From: a virus
Taxonomy: Duplodnaviria > Caudoviricetes
Strand: one strand, 5' to 3'
IMG/VR virus record: IMGVR_UViG_2898615884_000001
Location: 20,097 to 84,096 of that record
DNA length: 64,000 bases
The notes beneath the pieces were generated by a model that was not told where the DNA came from, made no database searches, and saw only the letters and a program-made list of their open reading frames with translations. The position numbers and the translations under genes were made by a program. Shown piece by piece: positions 26,845-35,432 of this stretch. The first letter of the stretch is position 1; the number at the start of each line of letters is the position of its first letter.

Positions 26845-28218
26845 GTGCGGGATACCGCAGAGCAGGCTCCCGCCGGGGCCGAGGCCGACCCGCCACCCGC
26901 CCCACCCCCCGAACACCACAACCCCGCGCCCGCGGAGGACATCGAGCGGACGCCACAGCCGGCCGAGGACGCGCCCCGTCCCGCGCAGGTGGTCGCCGGA
27001 CCCTCGGCAGCGATGGCCGCCGAGGTCGCGACCGCCGTGCCCGCCGCGCTGTTCCACGCCGGGGGTTGGATCGGTCTGGCCGCCGGCGCGGCCGCCGTGG
27101 TCGGGACGGGCGCGGCCGGGGTCGCCGGGCGCCGCCGGGTGGGTACTTCAGGGCGGGCGTGGACGCGGACCCGGACGTGGTCGACGGGCGGCCGGTCGAG
27201 CGCGGCGAAGATGCGGATGCCCGGCACAGGCTCGACGCGAGCGAGTGGGAGCCGGACGCCGCAGTCGTTCGGACGCTCACCCGCCAAGGGCGGCGCCACG
27301 GGCGGCCGGGCCGCTGGCATGCGCGCGGGCGGGGTCGCGGGACGGGCAAGGGCCGGGCGGCTCGGATCCGCGGCACGCCGCGCCACGGCCAGCCCAGCGG
27401 TGAGCGGCCCCGCCCGAGCAGCCCGCCGCGCCACCGCCGCGACCGGCCGAGCCGCGCGCTCGGGATCCCGGAGCACCCGACGCGGCATGGACCACGCGAC
27501 GACCGCCGCCATCCGGAACGCCCGCGCCGCCCGCGCCGCACACCGCGCCGTCGCCGGCGGCGGCACCGGACGCGACGCCGCACGCGCCGCACGCGCATCC
27601 CTGAAGGATTCCCACGCCCACCCCACCCGGATCCGGTGGCGGCGCCTCGCCGGGGCGGGCCTGTGGAGCGCGGCGGCCTGGACCTACGGGCGGAGCTACA
27701 CCGCGAGCCGGACACTCGCCCGGCGGGCGATGGCACGCCTACGCGGCCAGGACCCGGCGGACACCGACGCCGAGCGCGACCAGCCGCGGATCGAAACAAA
27801 AGTGAACCGGCCGACCGACCCGGCGGCCAACACCAGCAGAGGAGAAGACATGACCCGACGTGAGAGCGGAGGTGGCGTGCCGTCGTTCGTCGCAACGGCG
27901 CAGGAGCATGCCGAGTCCCTCGCCCGGTACGAGCCGCCGCCCGGCGCGGGCGGGATGGTGCAGATGTACCACGACATCGAGATGCTGCCCGACGCGCTGG
28001 CGTGGATCGCCCAAGGGTTCGAGCGGATGGCCACACGGTGCCGTAAGGAACTGCCATTGCACCCCGCGATCAGTGAGCTGGTCGTTGAGCTAGCGAAGAC
28101 CCAGACCCGCATGGCGTCGGTCGCGGCGGAGATCAAGCCCGCGATCACCAAACTGCACGAGGAGGACCTGAAGCGCCACGAAGCGCCGCGTCCCAGCGAA
28201 GAGCGGTGGAACGTCTGA
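26845..28218 (+). CDS. TraA-like plasmid transfer protein (TM segment, Arg/Gly-rich linker, conserved C-terminal domain)
   Basis: SD GGAGGA before GTG; C-terminus LHEEDLKRHEAPRPSEERWNV; TGATG-coupled to traB. Confidence 0.6.
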   Translation: MRDTAEQAPAGAEADPPPAPPPEHHNPAPAEDIERTPQPAEDAPRPAQVVAGPSAAMAAEVATAVPAALFHAGGWIGLAAGAAAVVGTGAAGVAGRRRVGTSGRAWTRTRTWSTGGRSSAAKMRMPGTGSTRASGSRTPQSFGRSPAKGGATGGRAAGMRAGGVAGRARAGRLGSAARRATASPAVSGPARAARRATAATGRAARSGSRSTRRGMDHATTAAIRNARAARAAHRAVAGGGTGRDAARAARASLKDSHAHPTRIRWRRLAGAGLWSAAAWTYGRSYTASRTLARRAMARLRGQDPADTDAERDQPRIETKVNRPTDPAANTSRGEDMTRRESGGGVPSFVATAQEHAESLARYEPPPGAGGMVQMYHDIEMLPDALAWIAQGFERMATRCRKELPLHPAISELVVELAKTQTRMASVAAEIKPAITKLHEEDLKRHEAPRPSEERWNV

Positions 28219-30425
28219 TGGGCGGCGTGGATTGGCGGTGGCGGCACGGGACGGTGTCCGGGCCCTTGCACGCGACGATCGCGCTGGCGACCGCCTACGA
28301 AGTCGGGACGCTGCCCGTCCTGGACGTCTCCCCGGAATGGGTCCTGATCGGCGGCGCGACCGCGGCCGGGGTGACGAGCTGGCGCGCGGCCCACGACGGC
28401 CGCTCCTGGCTCGGCCTCGGCTACCGGATCGCAGGCATCAGCGGCAGCACCCTCTGGCTGGCGCAGGCCGTCACGACCGGGTGGACGGCCACGCTCGGGT
28501 GGACGCTCGCGGCGGGCGCGGTCACCGCCGCCGGGCTTGCGCGCCCGATCCGCGCCCGCGACCGCGTCGTCGCCGAACGGCACGCCGCACAGGAAGCCGC
28601 GGCGTCCGTAGCCGCCGTGGACGCGGCCGAGCAGGAACGCTTGACGGGCATCGCCGGGGAGTGGGTCACCCGGATCGAGCGGGTGACCCAAATCGTGCTG
28701 CGCCCCCTCGACCCCCGCACCGGGAAGCGGCCACCAGTGCAGCAAGTCGTCGTCGCCGTCGAGCACTGGATGTTCCCCGGCCCCGGCGGTGTCGAGCGGT
28801 GCACCGGCTACACCCTGGAACTGGTCCTCCCGACCACGGGCGTGACGTGGCAGACGCTCTCCAATTACCAGGACAACCTCGCCGCGGCCGCCGACCTGCC
28901 CCAGGGGTGCGGGGTCGAGATCGGGCCGGGCAGGTCACGGCGCCGCGCGCTCATCGAGGTGTCCATCGTCGATGCGCTCCGCGACGACATCGCCCTCCCA
29001 CTGCCCACCGAACCCCGCACGATCAACAACCCGATCCCCGTCGGAGTGGTCCGCAACGGCGCGCAGGCGGACGTGCCGCTGCGCTACAGCTGCGCCGTCC
29101 TGGTCGGCGCGACCGGGTCGGGGAAGAGCAACGAGCTGCAGACGATCGTGGCCGGGCTGCTGTCCTGCCATGACGTGCTGGTCCTGGTGATCGACTACAA
29201 CGGCGGCGGCGTCGCGTTGCCGTGGCTGTCGCCCTGGGTCGACGGGACGATCGCCCGGTCCCCGATCCTGTGGGTGGCCGACAACGAACACGAGGCCATC
29301 ATGATGTGCGACTGGCTGATCGCCGCGATCGAGCACCGCAAACGGGCCTACCACGCCGCGAACCAGGCCCGTGACGACGACAAGCTCGCCGCAACCCCCG
29401 CCACCCCGCAGCTGGTGCTGGTCACCGACGAAGCGGGCGCGACTGGCCGCGAGGTCACCAAACGGATCGCGCAGATCTCCGACCGCGGACGCGCGGCGGC
29501 GGTGCGGACGGTGACGTGCGCGCTGCGGGCGCTGTCGGAGTACATCCCGACCGAGGTCCTCGCCCAGGCGCAGGTCCGCATCGGCATGAAGGTCAACGAC
29601 CGCAAGGAGCTGGGCTACCTCTACGACTGGGCGGGGGGCCGGGGCGGGCCGTCGCCGGAGGACGCGCCGCACACCGGCTACGGGCATGTGCGGTCGGGGC
29701 AGGAGCCGCCGCGGGTGTTCAAGGGGTATCGGACGTCGCCGTCGATGATCCGTGCGGTGGCGGTGGCGCAGGATGCGTGGCGGCCGGAGCTGGATGAGGT
29801 GACGTTGCGGATGTCGGCGGAGTGGCAGCGGGTGTTCGAGGAGCGGTGGCAGCGCTCGGCGCATCTGCTCGCGGCCGCCGGTGGACGAATGCCCGTCCCG
29901 TCGGCGGGTGGTGGAAGCCCTGAGCGGCGGGAGCGGCAGGCCCCGACGGGGCGGGGTGCGCTCCCGCCGACGCCCCCGGACGGACCGGACGCGGGGTCGA
30001 AGTTCGCCGGGCTGAACGACGCGCTCGCCGACCTGGACGCCGCCGCCGAACGGCTCCGCAACGCCACCCCGGACACGCCCGCCGGGCCGCGCGACGACGC
30101 CGCCGACGCCGCCGCGTTCGAGGCGATCGTCGCCTACGAGGTCGTCGTCCCCGAACTCGTCGTGCGCGTCCTCGCTGCGATGGGCTCCGCCGAGCGGATG
30201 CACACCCGGCAGATCGCCGAGAAGATCGGCAGCCGCGCCGAGTCGCTCGGGGGGCTGCTGTCCCAGCTCGACATCCGGCCGCTCAAGTCGGACTTCACGG
30301 TGGACGGGCGCCGCGGCCGCGGGTACGAGCGCGCGGAGGTCGAGGCGGCCGCCGAGCGGATCCGGTCGGGTGAGCTGGTGCCGCCGGAGGAGGTCGCGCG
30401 GTGGCGCCCGGACGCGCCGGCCTGA
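28218..30425 (+). CDS. traB: FtsK/SpoIIIE-like conjugative DNA translocase TraB
   Basis: N-terminal TM helices, Walker A GATGSGKS, Walker B LVLVTDE, GRAAAV, C-terminal winged helix. Confidence 0.88.
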   Translation: MGGVDWRWRHGTVSGPLHATIALATAYEVGTLPVLDVSPEWVLIGGATAAGVTSWRAAHDGRSWLGLGYRIAGISGSTLWLAQAVTTGWTATLGWTLAAGAVTAAGLARPIRARDRVVAERHAAQEAAASVAAVDAAEQERLTGIAGEWVTRIERVTQIVLRPLDPRTGKRPPVQQVVVAVEHWMFPGPGGVERCTGYTLELVLPTTGVTWQTLSNYQDNLAAAADLPQGCGVEIGPGRSRRRALIEVSIVDALRDDIALPLPTEPRTINNPIPVGVVRNGAQADVPLRYSCAVLVGATGSGKSNELQTIVAGLLSCHDVLVLVIDYNGGGVALPWLSPWVDGTIARSPILWVADNEHEAIMMCDWLIAAIEHRKRAYHAANQARDDDKLAATPATPQLVLVTDEAGATGREVTKRIAQISDRGRAAAVRTVTCALRALSEYIPTEVLAQAQVRIGMKVNDRKELGYLYDWAGGRGGPSPEDAPHTGYGHVRSGQEPPRVFKGYRTSPSMIRAVAVAQDAWRPELDEVTLRMSAEWQRVFEERWQRSAHLLAAAGGRMPVPSAGGGSPERRERQAPTGRGALPPTPPDGPDAGSKFAGLNDALADLDAAAERLRNATPDTPAGPRDDAADAAAFEAIVAYEVVVPELVVRVLAAMGSAERMHTRQIAEKIGSRAESLGGLLSQLDIRPLKSDFTVDGRRGRGYERAEVEAAAERIRSGELVPPEEVARWRPDAPA

Positions 30426-30631
30426 CCCCCACACCCCCTCCCACACCCGGGGTGTGGGAGGGGGTGTGTCAGGGGTGTGGGACCCACACCCACCCCCACA
30501 CCCCCCACAGCCCGCTGACCTGCGTAAACCACACCCCCACACCCCCCACACCCCTCCGTGCGAGGGGCCCCTTCCCCGGGCCAGGGGACCGCGCACACCC
30601 CCCGGCCGGGAGGGGTGTGGGGGGTGTGGGA
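30426..30631. repeat. clt-like cis-acting transfer locus (CCACACC repeats)
   Basis: 11 exact CCACACC copies (7 forward, 4 reverse) plus near matches, directly after traB; includes a near-perfect palindrome at 30430-30468. Confidence 0.7.
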
Positions 30632-30650
30632 GACCGAGAGGACACACACG

Positions 30651-31532
30651 ATGAGCACGCAGAAACGCCCCGGCCTGATCTGGGCGTGCGCGGTCCTGAC
30701 CATCGCAGCCGCCAACCAGCTCCTCTGGAACCTGTGGCACGCCTTCGACACCGGCATGCCGCACCCGCTGGCCGTCGCGACCGGCGCAGTGCCCGTGCTG
30801 CTCGCGCTCGGCACCTCCGCGCTCGCGGCCAGGGTCCGGTGCGGCAACGTGCAGCGGACCCTGACGTACGGCGTGATGCTCGCGGCGATCGGGATCTCGA
30901 TCCTGGCGCAGTACGACCTGCTGATGCACTGGATGGGGAGCAAGGCGGTCGCGGTGTTGTTCCCGACCGTGGGCGACCTGGCGACGCTGATCGCTCTGCA
31001 CGTGTTGATCGCCGACCCGGTCCCGGTGCGGGTGGCGGCACCGGTCCGTACGAAGGAGAAGACCCGTACGACGACGGTCCGTACGGCGCAGCCGGTGATC
31101 TGTGAGAGGTCGATCGGGACGCCGTACGTACGGGCGCCGCAGGGCGTTCTGCGGGCCGTACGGAACGAGCAGTACGTGCCGGAGCGTACGGGCGAAGAGA
31201 CCCGTACGCCGGAGCCGCGTACGCCTTCCGGCGAGCCCCGTACGGCCGAACACGCGGCCCGTACGCGCGCCGTGGTGTCCGCCCGTACGACCCGTACGGA
31301 CCAGGTCAGCGCACCCGTACGGGGCGTACGGGAAGGCCGCGCGCACTGGGTCGAGGTGCTGGCCGACGAGATCCGTACGGCCCGTACGGAAGGCCGTACG
31401 TGGGAACCGGCGTACGTCGAGCTGGAGGCCCGTACGGGGTGGGGCCGGTCGTGGTGCGAGAAGACCGTACGGGCCGCGCGCGAGGCGGCCGAGGAACGTA
31501 CGGGCACCCGTACGGGCACCGACGACGCCTAG
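30651..31532 (+). CDS. Spd/DUF2637-like membrane protein with repeat linker and C-terminal HTH
   Basis: Four N-terminal TM segments, Arg-Thr repeat linker, AYVELEARTGWGRSWCEKTVR. Confidence 0.7.
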   Translation: MSTQKRPGLIWACAVLTIAAANQLLWNLWHAFDTGMPHPLAVATGAVPVLLALGTSALAARVRCGNVQRTLTYGVMLAAIGISILAQYDLLMHWMGSKAVAVLFPTVGDLATLIALHVLIADPVPVRVAAPVRTKEKTRTTTVRTAQPVICERSIGTPYVRAPQGVLRAVRNEQYVPERTGEETRTPEPRTPSGEPRTAEHAARTRAVVSARTTRTDQVSAPVRGVREGRAHWVEVLADEIRTARTEGRTWEPAYVELEARTGWGRSWCEKTVRAAREAAEERTGTRTGTDDA

Positions 31533-31549
31533 CCAAACGGGGCCGTACG
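31047..31549. repeat. Dense array of palindromic CGTACG sites
   Basis: 24 copies counted by eye in about 500 bp, mostly as CCGTACG. Confidence 0.85.
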
Positions 31550-31561
31550 AGGCGGCCCCGT
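31537..31561 (+). other. Intergenic hairpin
   Basis: ACGGGGCCG-N7-CGGCCCCGT. Confidence 0.5.
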
Positions 31562-31585
31562 ACACACCAAGCGAAGGAGAAGGCA

Positions 31586-31951
31586 GTGCCGACGATCATC
31601 ACCTTGCCGGTCGAGATCTCAGAGGACGTCGTCCGCGCGGCGGCGCAGGGCCGAGTCCGGCAGTGGGTCGGGCCGGAGATCGCCGAGGACGTCGTACGCG
31701 CCGTCTTGGCCGACGTCCTGGGAGAGGAGAGCGACGGCCAGCTGCCCGAGCAGTCGAGGCCGGACGCGGACGAGGACGCCGTGGCGGTGTTGATGCGCAA
31801 GTACCTCGGAGTGGACCCGGCGACCGTGAGCGTGCGGAAGGTCCGGGCGGACCTGGGCGGCGCTCGGCACGACCGAGCGGTGCGCGTGAAGGACCTGTGG
31901 ACGGCGAGGTACGCGGCGGCGTTCGGCGGCCGCGCGACCGTACCGGCCTGA
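31586..31951 (+). CDS. Small protein with C-terminal HTH (Spd-like)
   Basis: SD AAGGAG; VSVRKVRADLGGARHDRAVRVKDLW. Confidence 0.6.
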   Translation: MPTIITLPVEISEDVVRAAAQGRVRQWVGPEIAEDVVRAVLADVLGEESDGQLPEQSRPDADEDAVAVLMRKYLGVDPATVSVRKVRADLGGARHDRAVRVKDLWTARYAAAFGGRATVPA

Positions 31952-32009
31952 ATCTCTGAACGGACCGGCCGTCGAGCCGGTGGAACCGATCATCGAAAGG
32001 ACAGGAACC

Positions 32010-32282
32010 ATGCCCCCCACAACCCAGCAGCCGGCCGCTTGGCCGGAGGGCGTCATCGCCCGGTACCTCACCGTCGGCGGCGCGACGGTCGATCTGATGC
32101 GCAGCCGGGCCGGGATCACGGCGGTCTGCCGCGGCTGCCCCGTCGCGCACGCCACGCGGGCGTTCGAGAGGGCGGGGTCGGTCCGGCAGGACGGCGGCAA
32201 GCGGGCGACGGAGCAGGCGCAGGAGTGGGCGCAGACGCATGCGGAGCGGTGCCGCGCCATGCCCCGCCCGGACAGCGAGTGA
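32010..32282 (+). CDS. Small Cys/His mobile-element protein
   Basis: WPEGVIARYLTVGGATVD...CRGC...WAQTHAERCRAMP. Confidence 0.65.
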   Translation: MPPTTQQPAAWPEGVIARYLTVGGATVDLMRSRAGITAVCRGCPVAHATRAFERAGSVRQDGGKRATEQAQEWAQTHAERCRAMPRPDSE

Positions 32283-32286
32283 CGTC

Positions 32287-32718
32287 GTGCCCGCGAAGAC
32301 GCTCGACATCCGCGCCTACACACCCGCCACCGCGCCACCCTGGGCCGCCGAGATCGTCACCGCGATCCGGGGAGGCGACCTCGCCAAGGGCAGCCGCCTG
32401 TTCCGCGAGGCAGCCTCGACGTCCGGTATCGAGCGCGCGGTCTACGCGGTCGCGGCGGTGGTCGAACCCGGCGCCGGTCAGCTCACGGTCGGCCCGGGGC
32501 CGCTCGTGTACGGCAACCCGCTGCGGACCGGCTACTGCTGGCGCTGCGGGACGTGCCTGGCCACCTTCCGCCGGGGCGGCCCGGCGCCTACCGCGGGCGT
32601 GAACTACAAGACCGCCCAGAGCGCGCGCGGCGCCGCAGTGAAGCACGACCGCGAGGCGCACGGGGGTCGCTCGACGGTGCACGAGCTGAGCCCGAGGGGG
32701 CGTGACCTGCGGTGCTAG
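32287..32718 (+). CDS. Hypothetical zinc-binding protein
   Basis: WRCGTC...KHDREAH; overlaps the next start. Confidence 0.5.
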   Translation: MPAKTLDIRAYTPATAPPWAAEIVTAIRGGDLAKGSRLFREAASTSGIERAVYAVAAVVEPGAGQLTVGPGPLVYGNPLRTGYCWRCGTCLATFRRGGPAPTAGVNYKTAQSARGAAVKHDREAHGGRSTVHELSPRGRDLRC

Positions 32719-33614
32719 GGAAGACGCACGCGCTGAGCGGCGCGATGATGTTCGGGGTGCTGGCGGTCCCGGCCGCGCCGGTCGCGCACCTGTCCCTCCC
32801 CGAGCTCGCCCTCGGCACCGTCGTGTGTGCGGGTGCGGCGATGCTCCCGGACATCGATCACCGCGAGTCGCATGTGGCGCGGACGCTCGGGCCGCTGTCC
32901 CGGGGGCTCGCGTGCGCGGTCGCGTGGGTCGCCGGCGGGCACCGCAGGGGTGTGCACTCGCTCGTCGGGGTGGCGGTGGTCGCGCTGCTGGCGTTCCTCG
33001 GCGCCGCGCTCCGCTCGGGGAGCACGAGCTGGGCGGTGGCCGGGATCGCCCTGGCCGCCGTCCTCGCGGGCTCCGGGCTGCTGGCCGGGATGGCGTGGCC
33101 GGGTGACCGGCGGCGCGGCCGACGCGTCTACCCCGAACGCTGGCACGGACCCGCGGCCGCCGGGGTGTTCGGCGTCGTCGCCCTGGCGCTCGCCGTCGGC
33201 GCGGCCGTGGACCCGCACGCGACCGGGACCGGCGTCCTCGCGGTCCTGCTCGTCCTCACCCTTGCGTCGGCGGCGAGGGTCTTCCACATCCGCCGGTGGA
33301 CGCGCCTGCGGACCGAGGTGGACGACCTGCTGCCGATCCCGGTCACGTTCGTCCTACTCGTCGGCGACACGAACCTCCGCGTGGTGCCCTTCGCGGTCGT
33401 CCTCGGCGTCATCGTCCACATCGCCGGAGACATGGCCACCGTCGGCGGCTGCCCGCTCGGATGGCCGTGGTCGCTGACCGCGCGGGGGCCTCGCGCGTTC
33501 AGGACGAACTCGCCCATCGAGCGGGGGCCGGTGACGTGGGCGTGCATGGTGATCTTTGCGGTGACCGTGTTCTGGAACAGCGGGATCGCGAACGCCATCA
33601 CCAGGCACGGGTAG
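32712..33614 (+). CDS. YdjM-like membrane metal-dependent hydrolase
   Basis: KTH, LPDIDH, HRRGVHS, HIAGD motifs; multiple TM helices. Confidence 0.88.
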   Translation: MLGKTHALSGAMMFGVLAVPAAPVAHLSLPELALGTVVCAGAAMLPDIDHRESHVARTLGPLSRGLACAVAWVAGGHRRGVHSLVGVAVVALLAFLGAALRSGSTSWAVAGIALAAVLAGSGLLAGMAWPGDRRRGRRVYPERWHGPAAAGVFGVVALALAVGAAVDPHATGTGVLAVLLVLTLASAARVFHIRRWTRLRTEVDDLLPIPVTFVLLVGDTNLRVVPFAVVLGVIVHIAGDMATVGGCPLGWPWSLTARGPRAFRTNSPIERGPVTWACMVIFAVTVFWNSGIANAITRHG

Positions 33615-33627
33615 CGGCGCGGCGGCG

Positions 33628-33658
33628 ACGGCCCCGAACCACACCGGTTCGGGGCCGT
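33628..33658. terminator. Hairpin between convergent operons
   Basis: ACGGCCCCGAACC-ACACC-GGTTCGGGGCCGT, 13-bp stem. Confidence 0.65.
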
Positions 33659-33679
33659 TCGCATGCTCGGCGTCAGCGC

Positions 33680-34189
33680 CTACGGAAGGATGGCGAGCGA
33701 CGTCGCCTGCGCCTGCGCCCAGCTCTGCTCACGAATCTCTTCCGCCCTTCTACTGACACAGACCTCCGACGACTCACCCGGCAGGCGCTCGGTCAAGCAG
33801 TACGTGCGAGCCTCGGCGTGCGCTGCCCTGTCCACATCCCTGGACGCCTCTCTGGCGGCGACGAGGGAGACGGCCACGGGGACCGCCGCAGCTACGAACA
33901 CGAGTCGCCTCCTGTGCCGGACCGCGATGACGCCCAGGCAGGCCGCGGTGAGCACGACCGCGACGACGAACTTGAGCGGGTCGCCGGGGATGTTGTCGAT
34001 CAGCCCCGTCCATCTCCGTCGTTCGGCGGCTCGCGTGTCCGCGTATCGGCGCCGGGCCGACCAGCCGGCGAGCCGATACGCCGCCCATCCCAGGATCGCG
34101 GATACCTGACCGGCGATGACACCGGCCGTGGCCCCGATCGCGATCGCGGTGGCCGTGACGCTGGACAGGTCTAACAATTTCCTGATCAT
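33680..34189 (-). CDS. Membrane protein
   Basis: Three hydrophobic segments; ATGA coupling. Confidence 0.55.
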   Translation of the reverse strand: MIRKLLDLSSVTATAIAIGATAGVIAGQVSAILGWAAYRLAGWSARRRYADTRAAERRRWTGLIDNIPGDPLKFVVAVVLTAACLGVIAVRHRRRLVFVAAAVPVAVSLVAAREASRDVDRAAHAEARTYCLTERLPGESSEVCVSRRAEEIREQSWAQAQATSLAILP

Positions 34190-34581
34190 GGACTGCTCCC
34201 AGGGGTATGCCGGATGCGGGGCCGCTGGACGTGGAGGTGCTCGACCGTGACCAGGCGGCCGGACTCCCGTAGCCGCGCCGCGAGGAGCTCCGCTACAGCG
34301 ACCGACCGGTCATGCCCCTGCGAGCAGCCCAACCCGATCGACGCGGTGCCCGGCGCGCACGCTCGGGCGTAGAGCCGGTCCAGCAGTTCGGCAGCGGCGG
34401 AGTCGGCGAGCACGACCTCTCGGACCGCCTGGTCCCGCCCATCCACCGGGCTGACCTCTAACAGCGCGAGGATGCGGTGGTAGCCGGCCGGGTCGGCGAG
34501 CTGGTGGCGGAGGTCCTCGACATGGTCGGCGGGCGGGGGCGGGCCGTGAAGGTAGCCGAACGAGACCAGGTGGACGGTCAT
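34186..34581 (-). CDS. Stand-alone RapZ C-terminal-like domain protein
   Basis: VHLVSFGYLHG...DLR..L.DP...GC-x-x-GH-x-RSVAVAELL. Confidence 0.8.
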   Translation of the reverse strand: MTVHLVSFGYLHGPPPPADHVEDLRHQLADPAGYHRILALLEVSPVDGRDQAVREVVLADSAAAELLDRLYARACAPGTASIGLGCSQGHDRSVAVAELLAARLRESGRLVTVEHLHVQRPRIRHTPGSSP

Positions 34582-34802
34582 GTCTTGGTGTCCTCCTGGA
34601 GGTCGGTGCGGGCCCCCTGGCCAGGTCGTTGATGGGCGAGGATCGTGGCCGGCCTCCAGACCGGTGAACGGCCGAACTGCTTGTCCTCGGGTGGGAGTTC
34701 GCCGCGGGCTCGGTAGCGGCGCGCGGAGGCGTACTTGATTCCGTAGTGGTCGGCGACGTCTTGGAGTGTCCAGTAGTCGGCGTCGGGGTCGGGCTTGGTC
34801 AC
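34578..34802 (-). CDS. HTH regulator (AlpA/excisionase-like)
   Basis: YWTLQDVADHYGIKYASARRYRARGELPPED..FGRSPVW. Confidence 0.75.
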   Translation of the reverse strand: MTKPDPDADYWTLQDVADHYGIKYASARRYRARGELPPEDKQFGRSPVWRPATILAHQRPGQGARTDLQEDTKT

Positions 34803-34885
34803 GGGTGCGGGCTCCCATCGTCTACTTGATGGGGACAAAGTCTAGGCCGTGGGTTGTGGCGGTCCCTCAAAGCTACTTCGTCTCT

Positions 34886-34932
34886 CTGATGTTGACAAGG
34901 TTGCTCGCCTCTCCTAACCTTGTCTACATCAG
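34886..34932 (+). promoter_or_regulatory. Housekeeping-sigma-type promoter overlapped by an operator inverted repeat
   Basis: TTGACA(34892)-17 bp-TAACCT(34915); CTGATGTTGACAAGGTT-N13-AACCTTGTCTACATCAG. Confidence 0.8.
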
Positions 34933-34955
34933 GACGACAAAGACTGGAGGGTGAC

Positions 34956-35408
34956 ATGGCGAAGCGGACCACCACCAAGACGGCCCACTGCCGCCGCTGC
35001 CGCGCCCTCCTCACCAACCCCCGCTCCGTCGCCGAAGGCATCACCCGCCCCTGCCTCCGCAAGGAGCGCGCAGAGGCCGCCGCGCTCGCAGAAGCCCGCG
35101 CCTCCGTCGTCGAGGTCGCCGTCAACGCCATCGACACCACCGCCTTCAAAAACCCGCAGGCCGTCAAGGACAAGGCCGTCCAGCTCATCCTCGACGGCGC
35201 GATCGTCCCCACCCGCTTCGACGGCGTGTACCTCGCCACCGGCTCCGACGGCGTGTCGACCTACCTCACCGACACCGTCGAGCGGTCGTGCACCTGCAAA
35301 GCGGGCCAGCGCCTCGGCCGCTGCAACCACCTGATCGCGGGCGACGCGCTCGACCTGCTCGACAACGGCGCCTTCGCCAGCACCACCGCCATCCTGCTCG
35401 CCGCCTGA
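34956..35408 (+). CDS. DUF6011-like plus SWIM zinc-finger protein
   Basis: CRRCRALLTNPRSVAEGITRPC; CTCKAG...CNH. Confidence 0.7.
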   Translation: MAKRTTTKTAHCRRCRALLTNPRSVAEGITRPCLRKERAEAAALAEARASVVEVAVNAIDTTAFKNPQAVKDKAVQLILDGAIVPTRFDGVYLATGSDGVSTYLTDTVERSCTCKAGQRLGRCNHLIAGDALDLLDNGAFASTTAILLAA

Positions 35409-35432
35409 ACTGCTTTCCCGAAGGAGACCAAG

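Noticed and set aside
30426-31549. CRISPR array interpretation of the CCACACC and CGTACG repeats
   Set aside because: Units are 6-8 bp with irregular spacing, no 25-45-bp repeat/spacer structure, and no cas genes.
28935-31565. 876-aa minus-strand ORF and other long antisense ORFs (4833-6773, 6770-8926, 159-1364, 261-1496)
   Set aside because: Shadow frames of real genes in very GC-rich DNA: Arg/Gly/Pro-rich, no motifs, no SD.
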